Shown here one piece after another: positions 53,670-64,000 of a stretch of 64,000 bases of DNA. The notes beneath the pieces are model-generated. The model saw only the letters and a program-made list of their open reading frames with translations. It ran no database searches and was not told the DNA's origin. Where the stretch lies: the NCBI GenBank assembly GCA_040954595.2, contig CM082580.2, positions 13,938,242 to 14,002,241 on the forward strand. Direction: 5' to 3'. The stretch is from Balanoglossus misakiensis (taxonomy: Eukaryota; Animalia; Hemichordata). Every line of letters starts with the position of its first letter. Position 1 is the stretch's first letter. The position numbers and the translations under genes are program-made.

Positions 53670-56148
53670 GTAAGTTTGTATTCCAAAGATACGTAGGCCT
53701 AGTGTGTTTCTAATGTCGTAAAATAACGTTCAGTTGGCAAACTCATATTTTTGTGTTGATCAACTTGTTGCTTTCAATCGTCAGATGTAAAGCGCAGTGG
53801 TGTAACATACATAACGGTGGGGAATCGTACGCTAAAGGAAGTTTCACTCTTTTCTCAAACTGACAATATCCGACGGAAAGTAATCACGATTTCAGTTGAT
53901 CATATAGTCTACGAGAGTGGCCTAAATATGGGCGATTTACTGAGGAAATGGCACTTCATTAACCAACGGGGTGTTTGTTTTGGTACGGCACGTTGGTGTA
54001 TGACGTGAGCACGTACTGTACACACTGGCACTGATACGCAGTGTTGATGTGTGAAAATCTCTGACACGCTATTTATAAATAAAACGTTTCCTCGTATAAT
54101 ACGTGTTCAGCCCGTAATTTGAAGCATTAGATGTAAGCGATTTTAGAATATCTACCAGTGTACCGAGTCGAATACTAGTATACTAATTATAAAGACCAGT
54201 GCACATTTTCCTGAGTGACAAGACAACTTTTGTACGAAACCAGAACAACGTTTCAATTATTTCTGAAGTAATTCATGGGAACAAACTTGTCGTGTTTACA
54301 CATTGTTTAGAATATTTTGGAAGAAGCCATATTATTGATCCATAAATTATGAACATTGAGAGACCAACAGTTCAGTTGTTTTGAAATGACTAAAGGGTCA
54401 CACCCACTCTGCCAGAGCCCTTGACACCAAGCCAGAATACTAGCTGAATAGCTTCTGTTGTAACACAGGAAAGAGACACATGAGTTATATCATGTCTCCC
54501 TGGAGATGGTATGAAATAATCATTCAAACATGAATCATGGCAATAAAGTCATTGATTCAAAGTTGTAGACAGGAGTACACCATCCTTAACACATTTGAAC
54601 CTGATCAGTCCAGGTATGCCTGGGTCGTGGACCTCGTGGTGTACATGTACAATTTGGACACACAGATGAATGCACAGATCAATGCACGCATGCACACTAC
54701 ATGTGTTCTCCAGGGTCTATGGTTATCCACCAATCCTCCCAGAGTACAACCAGGGGGACCAAAAGAGCAGTTGGCCTAAAGTACTAAATTTATTTGACTC
54801 AATTGAGATGGGCTAAAAATACATTCAGATGTTATCTTTGGACTGATTGGGTTAAAAATAGCATCACATTGTTTAGTGACTGTCACCTCTTCAGGAATCT
54901 GTTGCATCCATCATGAGACCTGGGGCAACCCAATTTTTTTTTTCGATATTAAACTTTGACCTGTACATGTACATACAGAAAATAAGGTTAAATGTTCACA
55001 CACTTCTTCTTTGAAGTCTACATATGCAATTTGCTGTTCTGGAAATGTATTGCCAACGATGCTGGGAAATTATTTAACCCCATCAATTTCCCATGTAACA
55101 TTTCTCCTTTCCTGTGAAAATGACAAGGTGACAACATGTACTTTGCACAAAGTGTGTAACAGTGCATGCATCTGTTTCCAGCTACCTGCTGCTATTGTAA
55201 TATCTGCTACAAATTTGTGTATGAGCTGACTTTAGTTGATCATTTATTGATTTAACTGGTTTGACCAGACAAACAAACTGTAACTGAGGGAGGATTTTCT
55301 CCATTTATGAAAAATTAATTCTGCATAATCATGTCATTATTATGAGAATCATCGTTTTTTTGTTGCTCAAATTTCCCACAACCTGTGCATTGTACCAATA
55401 TGGCATCCTGCTGTACTCCTCAAATGTGACGGACTGACCTCGAGTGGTATGCCTGTGAATTCAGGGGAACTGTCATCAACAATGATGTGTTTTCTTTTAG
55501 CCCCAAATATTCTCACACAGTTTTACATGAGACCTTGAACTATTATTCCAAGTTACGTATTTAAGTGGTAGTACTGTAGTTTTGTCAAACAAGCAATAAG
55601 CAAACAAAAAGGTTGACAGGAAAATGATAAATGTATTTGTCTAAACAAGTAATATTGGCTTCGTGTATTTACAGCAAAAGCGTCTGGGACACTGCACAGA
55701 AAAAATACCAGAAGTACAATCATTATGTTGCAAAGCTTCAAAACACATAAATACTTTGAATCCTTCATGAGAGTATTATTTAACAAAGATTGTATTGGGA
55801 AGGAACAAAAAATGAGGAACAGAAAAGATGTATAGACTCTTGTTTGTATGATGGGTGCAGAGGTTAAAATGTCCAGTAGTCCAAGGTTCTTTCAAAATAA
55901 CGTCAGCAGTAGGTGTTATCATGTTGGATAATACAGGGAAGGCTAGGCTATTGATATTTATTTTTTACTGAAGAATGCAACATGTACAGTGTTATATGTC
56001 GTGTTGAGATTAGTTCAACAAGACTAAAATGGGCAGAAGAAAGGAGTCAGTGTGAAGATCAGTGAAGTCTAATTTCTGAGTTCTCTTTTGTTTGATTACA
56101 GGTCTGTGTACAGTAAGTTAATGGTGTCTGCTGTGTGAGTACTTAACG

Positions 56149-57876
56149 ATGGATGTGGTGGTAGCCATAGCGATCGCTATACTGGGTATTATATTCATCG
56201 GATCATTAGTGGCTCTTATATTGGTCTGCAGGCACCGATATTGCAGGAAAATTGATTTCAGTCGAATGAAGGAGGACATGTCCAGGTAAATCTTGGTGTA
56301 TCCAGGTCTCAATCTTGTCAAAAAAGGCAACAATTACCCTTTTGAAATAGAATATTGACATCGGTCTAAGAAAAAGGTCCCCAACATGTAGAATTTGTCA
56401 GTGTCTCCCCCCTTAAGAATGATTCATGTTTGTGTCACTAGATCAGTTTGTCCATAAACTGTGGAAAACCAATATATGTAGGTACAATGTAGGTGTACTT
56501 TCTAGTTCACTATTTACTTTGGGATTTTACGAGGTAGGATGTACATGTACACTGTTAGGGGAGGCTGTCAAACGTCTGATGAGTGATGTATTCACTCTCC
56601 TTCATGGCTATATTTAGAAACAAAGTTGAAAGGACACTGGATTGGTACTTTCAGCATTTTTGTTGCGTGCATATGAACCACAGTGTTATTTCATTTTACT
56701 CAGAAAAAGGAAAACTCCATTGCCTTGCCCAGTGTTTGAATTATCAACATAACATACCCAATACATGGTCTTGACAGCTTATACTGAATTGTGTTTGACA
56801 TTGCAGACCCAATGTAACACTAGTGAGAGCATCAGAATCAGGCAGCACACTTGATGATCTTGGTGTGGAGTTAAGTGATGTGAATTTCACAAATCCTACA
56901 TTAGAAGAGATTTTGTTGGATGAACACTGGATCGATGATGCAACGTAAGTATAATCTAAATCTGGTCCCATAACAGTTTTAGCCATGAAATGTTTGTGTT
57001 ATTTCACATTAGGAAAAAAGTGACACTTAGCCTTTTGGGGAAGACAAAATAATATTCTCTCACGTGGATTGTATTTTGTTTTTCCATCACAGGGGACTTA
57101 TGCCACACTGTATAGAAATTTTGAAAACTTGCAAGCATTTAACCGAAAAGTTAGTTGCTGTGACAATGGGCAACTCCACAAACCTCAAGACACCCGACTA
57201 TTTGCAGGAAATCATTGTGGTAGCGAAACGCATCAGCCCCAGGTGAGTGGTAATCTTGAATTTGCTAAGATCTGTGATGTGAATAAATGATATTTTCATG
57301 TTTTTGCCTTTACTGATTTATTCTAAGTTAACACAAGCAAAATACAGTTTGAAAAGATGTATGAGAACGTTGCATTCTTTGTTTGCAGGTTAGACGATGT
57401 AGTTCGCTGCCTCTACCCACCGTTGGATCCCAAACTTCTTGAAGCAAGGTATGTTTGTCACCTGTCTCATGGTCTGATTTGGTACAATGACCAGTGTCAT
57501 TTCCTTCAGATTAATCATAAACAGGCATAGAAATATAATCCTGCATACAATGTGTACACCTTTACCCGATGTATCTGTATCACTATCACATGACTTATTC
57601 TGCGTCTATTTTCTATAGAACCTATAGTAAGGTCTATCCATGATTTTCTCCCACAGGTTCACAGCACTGACACTGTCAGTAGGACATCTGGCATTGGTCA
57701 CCAAGAATGCATGCATCACTCCAGAAAGTATGGTTTGGATCGACGACTCTCTGTCGAAAATGGAGGAACATTTGCAAGTGCTGCGAGAGGCTGCCATTGC
57801 TGATGAAAGCACCGATACCAGGAGTTTCTCTCTGTCCTCCACAAACTCGCATCAACCCATAACATCGCACACCTAA
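56149..57876 (+). CDS. TMEM98: Transmembrane protein 98; exons 56149-56285, 56807-56944, 57093-57242, 57389-57448, 57657-57876
   Basis: MDVVVAIAIAILGIIFIGSLVALILVCRHRYCR...WIDDA|GLMPHCIEILKTCKHLTEKLVAVTMG...VAKRISPR|LDDVVRCLYPPLDPKLLEAR|FTALTLSVGHLALVT matches the TMEM98 signature; all introns GT-AG with consistent phases. Confidence 0.95.
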
Positions 57877-60800
57877 CTTTTCCAGAGAATATTTATATTG
57901 CAAACCTATAGTGTATTTATATTTGACCCCCAAAAAAATCTGCACCGATTAATCTGTTGGTGTTCCTGTACCACGTGATGTGTGGAGTGAAGATGTGCAG
58001 CAGCGGAAAAGTTTGATGAGTGGTCTTTACATTGGAGACTTTCTGCAGCATCTTGCTGAACGCTTGCATCCACAGAATGATTCAAGAATTGGACTAGCAT
58101 GTCTGTGGTACCTATCCTCCAGGTGTGACACTCGAGAATGCCACCTGGATAAAGTCACATGTCCGAATGTGTCCCTGTCTGATGTCATACTAGATGCCAG
58201 TAACAATCCAGGGGTTGAACAGTCAGCTTTCAAATTATTAAAAAAATAAGAGGAAAATATGCAAAAATGAGAAAATGTTGGACCAGCATTTTGGCAGGAA
58301 AAATTGTGATCTTCAATGGGTTAAGGACCCCATATAATACAAACTGACAGCTCGGACACCTGTACATATCTGCAATCCATTCATTTGAAATTTAAAATGT
58401 GCCAAACACTCAAAGAGCTATATTCTTTTTCTGGAATTAGCTGTGAAGTTTTATTATATGTTTTTGAAAAGTTTGTGTAACTCATAAGAAATGAGTTGTC
58501 TGTCTGTTGGAATATCTGTGTGTGAACCTATTGTCAAAGATCTAGTTCTGTGTTATTCAGTGTGTATTTCTGTTGTTCAACTTCTCTTAGCAAAGCTTAG
58601 AGCTCTCTTTTGGGGGGAATAATTGTGACAATTTACTATGAAGTATGGTGTCTTACCCAATGTAATAAGTTGGGTAATAAATATCTGGTGTTCAGTATGG
58701 TTTTTGAGGACTCATTGTAAAACTGTGATTTTGATTTTTTTTTTTATTTTATCCTCTAGGTGTCGGCTGTTTTGTGACCTCGTAAGTGTTTTGCCCAGTG
58801 AAGATTTTAACATTTCGATTTTAGAAATGCCAGATCATGTATTCATTTTCACTAATGTCTGTTTGAATCGTGTAAAGCTGTTTTTTTCGTCATCTTTTTT
58901 GTCTCAATGCAATAGTCAGTTTTCACAGTCTTTTCAAATGTTTTTTTTTTTAAATTGTAAATATTTTCGTTGAAAACATTGCATGTTCACACATATAGAT
59001 CAGACAATGTATGTGCAGAGAATAGATTTTTAATCAACTAGATGCCAGAGAATTTACTGTTAAATTGTTTTAACAGTGCTGCTCAGCTGCAATTAGATCA
59101 ACTGCCATGCCTACTACAGTGGTTGAATTTATCATGTAGATAAACAAAAATATTTTGGCTTTTACAGTACAAGATATTCTGTAAATGCTTTGCTTGTATC
59201 TAGTGTCACATTTTAATGCTTTATGCATGCCTTGAAAGTAAAAATGAAATTTATATGAAAAGAGATTTTGTAGAGAATATTAACAATTATGTGGAAAACA
59301 TTATATGTACAAATGAAGAATATACATTGAATTTTTTAGCTACTGTTTACCTGTGTCTGTAGAGGCTATGTATTTGGTTGGCTGTACTACCATGACTGTC
59401 TGTCTAAGTGAATGAATGTGCGTGCGTCTGTCTGTCTGCTGGTCTATGACCTGTAGAAATTTGAGAAGCCTGTTTTTTTTGTTACTTAGGTATTTGCTAT
59501 GTAGGTGGGTTTTGGACTGGAGCTTGGATTGAGTTCAAGTGATTGGGCTGGGAGTAGAAAAATGTTCAAGAACTCAGAAAGTACTGGTCGGGCAGCAGAG
59601 GCAGAGAGGTAATGTTCATGTGTGTCAACATCTGCAGATCCTGTGCTATTCTTTATAAGTCCCAGCGGCTCTCCACTTGCAAGTTTTGCAAGAGCGACTG
59701 CACATGCATTGCTTTATGGGAGATAGCATGTGACATCAGAAAAAGTTACTGAAGCATTTTGTAAAAGTATTGTTGTTTGCATCACATGATATACAGCACA
59801 CGCAGTGTTGAAAAGACACACGGACACATTTCTACATGTTACACACACTTAGTTTTTATTGCTATCAAAGATCAGCAGCTATACAAAGTCCTATATAACA
59901 AAGGCACTCGAGACTTGCAGGTGAAAACTGCAAACACACGTACACAGGTTTGAAAAAAAACCTACTAGTATAATGCTTGGATTAAGTAATATCGCTGTTG
60001 GTAGTCCGAATGATACAGCTTTTTGCATGCTCTCTTAGGTCAAAACGAAACCATGCACACCAAGAAAATTACATGATTCTAATTAATTCTCCATTGAAAA
60101 GCCCAAGATGCTGTGTTGAACCAGATGCGAATTAAAGACCGGAAATGTACAAATTATAACTTCAGCTACCACAACTTGGATGTCAATTATTTTCTTGATC
60201 GGAAATGTTCAGTAATATAGCCATACATTTTTTTAGTGATCTGCAAGTGTTCATTGAAAGGAAGCATGATTGCCATCATCTCTAACATTGATAAAATATA
60301 CACTATTTTTCCTTATACTCCAAGCTTTCCTTTGCTGAAATTACAATAGCTGGAATGTATATCTCTTGACAGAAAATCAAATCAAAAATGGTCGTGAAAT
60401 TTCAGAGGAAGAACAAAGAAAGCACTTGATATATGTAGCTGGAGCTGGGAAAATTCTGATGAATTTTGGTACTGTGAATGTAGGGCTTGCTTACATGTAT
60501 GTACCTGCATTCATAGTACCACCATTCGTCAGGCCACATGTGCAATCAACATGATCAACACTTCCAGTGTTCTTGGGAAGATGATGAATTCCTGTGGGTG
60601 CGGACGTCTGTTGCCCTGGTAAGAAGATTCTTGAACAAGAACCCAGTGAAGACATCATGTAGGAGTTATTCTAATCAGGATTATTGAGAAATGAAAGCTA
60701 CTTGGACAAGACAAGACTCATCAAAGTGCTGTAAGTAGAACACAAGTCTGAAAATAATTGTACATGTACAAACAATAAGGCCTGTTTAACAAGCACACCT

Positions 60801-61795
60801 TTCCACTAGACTATAAGTTAGGATAAGGAAATTTAAACACTGCTAGGCACTGCACATAAAAAAAAAAAACCACCAAAAGACAGTTCACAAACTTCTGAAA
60901 ATTCTGTGAAGGGTCCCCTCCCCTTGCAGAATTATACTCTCTTGTCTCTAGAGGGCGATAAACAAAGCACACAACTTTTTCTTGATCACACCACTAGTGC
61001 AAACAAGGCAAGAAACATCAACCACAAGCACAGCAGCTTTGCTACTGCAGCTCTGATGGAAGAGTAGAAATAAATTAAAACTTTAAAACCAAAAAATGTG
61101 AACACTTGGGGAGGGGGAGAATGCAAGCAGTTTATAACCAAGCAGAATTCACAGTCTGCAAAAAAAAACTTGTGCTAAAATCAAATTTTCCTAGATCATC
61201 GTCATCATCATCAATAACTGGATATAGAAACAATGTTTACTATTGAGCATTCTGTTCAAGCAGTTCTTGTGTCAAAGCTCAATTCTGCGTCAAATTTTTC
61301 GTTTGTTTCAAAACTACACTGGATTCCAAAATTGTCACATTCTTGTCAAGCAAAACCTACCATTGCACATTTGAATAAAAGGAGATCATACTAAAATATA
61401 ACATTTGTGTGAGGCTTGTAGGCTGGAAGAAAACAAAATGTTCAGATTTCAGTTTTCATTCTACTATGGCCCAAGTCATCACAAATTGATCGTGGCAAAG
61501 TGAAACCATCTACTGCTACACCCACGTGCAAACTCTGAACAATGCTAATATTTCTTGTGGCTGTCAAAACATGGAAAAAAGTTCAATCTTGCTCTCTATT
61601 TTCACACGCACACACAACTAGCATCAGCACCATAGTAATACTCTAGTAACATTTTAGTAGTATTAGCATCTTTCCACGGAAACTGGTGCAGAGCTAACAG
61701 AACAGATCAGATGAATTAAAATGGATCACACTACCCCATGTTAGCTTGTTTACAGGGACATTTCAGTCAGACTTTTATATAAAAAATATACACAG

Positions 61796-61922
61796 TCATT
61801 CTTTTTGTTTATCCCTTTCTTTCTTCTACCAACTTCAAGACTTCAGCACAGCTTTCTTGAGCAACCTTCAAGGCCTCTTCTATGTCAGTTTTAGCCTTTG
61901 GAGAAATAATAATAATAATAAT

Positions 61923-61955
<33 letters not shown>

Positions 61956-63844
61956 TTTCTGCCACCAACTCACCACATGTATACAACATTGCTACTTTAA
62001 ACATTTTGAGATAATTACCTTGTTTTTGAATTCCTCATCCTTAACATCTGGTAGATTGATCATAACATTGTAGTAAGCTCCCCATAAAGCTGTTTCCAAT
62101 GCACGTGCTCCGACCTATCATGAGATTGAAAGTCAGCAATCTTGTTAGATGGGTGCTATCACATCTCAGCATGTCTCTTCATGTGTGTACTACAAACTTT
62201 ACATCTTGCACCTGCAGAGGCTACACATATACAATAGTATGTGCTTTCCTACCTGTACATCTGACCTGCATTGTATATTTCCCTTGACTGCCAATTCTTT
62301 CATGGAGGGCCAGCATTTGTTTGTAGTCACAGCTACATGCATGGGCACAGCCACGGCTGTCTTCAGTGAGGATTGCATACACTGTTCTCGACTACGTGGA
62401 AAAGACAACACATGAGAAATGTTCAGTGACAAAGGTTTTCAAATTATTATCTTTCCTGGTCCTCCTACCCCAACCACATACAGTCCTTTGAGCCTTCAGC
62501 TCCTGGAGTCTGAAGGTTTTCAAGTGGTTGTACTTGCATATTACATTTCACTCAAAATCAATCAACAGAACATTTGTTTCTATGCATGCCACACTCAATA
62601 GGCCTATACTCACACAAGCATTTCTTCATCTGATTTCTTTGGTAATTTACAAGCAGCCTGTAAGTCAATCAGAATATCATCCATAGATTAGTGTTATCTC
62701 CCCCTTCTCTATACAGTGGTGACCTTCCTTGTTATGTTTACAGGTCATAGTCTATAAACTTTGTAGTCTAGTTATTACTGCATATATACAGAGCTTGCTT
62801 CTCATCTCAGGTTTCTGGTTGTGAACCCAATCACCAAGTGCAGCGTTGTGAGCTTGGCTGGGTGTGTTGAATTCACTCACCATATACTGGTTGAAAGCTG
62901 TGGTGTCTGCATCCACCATGGGGATCAACTCATGCATGGCTTGGTGCAATGGAGGAATGAGTTTTCTCATCTCTTCTTCCAAGGGATGGAATTTCTTGTT
63001 ACCGTATGTCATCCAGCCGACCATGCTTCCAAGTGCTGCACCCTGTGTGTTGGACAAAGGTTCTTTATGTGTGTTGTATCTGGTGATAGTCAACCTTTGT
63101 ATAAGAATGTGCTTGTACAAGCAGATCTCATTGTCCCCAGATCATGTTTTTTCACTGTGTTGGAGTGGCCTCGACAAACTCTGCGCTGTGATTTGACAAC
63201 TTACCATTGACCCAATGGCTGCAGCTGCAGAGCCTCCACCAGGTGCTGATGACCTCGCCCCAATGTTCAGAACAAATGATTTGACACTCATTGACACCAA
63301 TGGACCATCACTGTCATCACGGATCATGTACCTGACAAATACACAATGGACAGCAGTGATTGTCTGGCAATAGATGTTGTGTGACTCTCTGCCTTTAGTC
63401 AACAGTCAGGAAGTCAGACTTTGGTTGTATGTTTATTTTGATGCAACTGTAACTACTGGTGGAAAACCCCTCTTTGTCTGTGTCTGTGTGTATTCAAAAT
63501 CTGGGTTTCATCATTGAACTTTGACCTGTCCATACTTACTCTATAATTCTCTCTTTAGGGTTGAATGAACCAAGCGAACCAAGTCCAAGTCTGTTGACAA
63601 CCTGTCAGAATAGGAGTAACAATAATGATATGAGCAACAGGTGAATAACTGATAGGAATGAGGGATCCTCATGTGACATTTTTGCAGGATTATTGATATT
63701 TGGAACTCTTACCAGTCTGATTTTCTGGTCTTCTTCCAGAATGAAGAGATTTTCTTTTTCACAGTAATAGTCTGCAGCCATCATTATGGCTTTCAGTGGC
63801 ACCAAACCGACCACCTGGGAACCACACACAGCCCAGTTGAGTTC
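61796..63844 (-). CDS. FTCD: Formimidoyltransferase-cyclodeaminase, 3' exons: 63844-63713, 63601-63540, 63331-63205, 63042-62881, 62657-62614, 62391-62253, 62114-62019, 61895-61796; 5' part outside the window
   Basis: [12 protein letters not shown]...ENLFILEE...NRLGL...FNPKERIIE; [18 protein letters not shown]|[14 protein letters not shown]; [12 protein letters not shown]; [21 protein letters not shown] are FTCD cyclodeaminase motifs; GT-AG introns in consistent phase. Confidence 0.96.
61905..61952. repeat. (AAT)n(CAT)n compound microsatellite in the last FTCD intron
   Basis: Direct read. Confidence 0.9.
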
Positions 63845-64000
63845 CTGCTCAATGAAATATGAACAAGAGAGATCTCGAGTTAATTAGGAAACTCAGAAGT
63901 GAGGAACACAAAGAAAACATTATATACCACACTCACAACAATCTTCAGGACAACCACCACTAAGTAACACGCACTACACTCACACCCACTCCCTTCAAGA

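Overview
Eukaryotic, intron-rich, AT-rich DNA, most likely from an invertebrate deuterostome (hemichordate-like; inferred from protein similarity and repeat style, not proven). Recognisable genes: the 3' part of an animal alpha-amylase (+, 135-1704), a ZCWPW2-like zf-CW/PWWP gene that also carries an ARID domain (-, ~47.6-52.2 kb), TMEM98 (+, 56149-57876) and the 3' half of FTCD (-, 61796-63844). The ~42 kb between amylase and ZCWPW2 looks gene-free in the ORF track. Manual splicing reveals four small, co-oriented (- strand) prepropeptide genes arranged A1-B1-A2-B2, a tandemly duplicated two-gene module. Each has a signal peptide plus acidic pro-region exon and a phase-0 intron to an exon with KR-flanked peptides; each also has a predicted TATA-driven non-coding first exon. 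Family A (98 aa, 98 aa) encodes a C-terminal DPxDVAxTYExxIPL peptide. Family B (101 aa, 109 aa) encodes a basic GPPxM peptide (the B2 copy resembles apelin-13) and a C-terminal Cys-loop peptide. I do not recognise either family, so this is the best candidate for an undescribed neuropeptide/hormone or defence-peptide system. All gene models were spliced by eye and lack transcript support.
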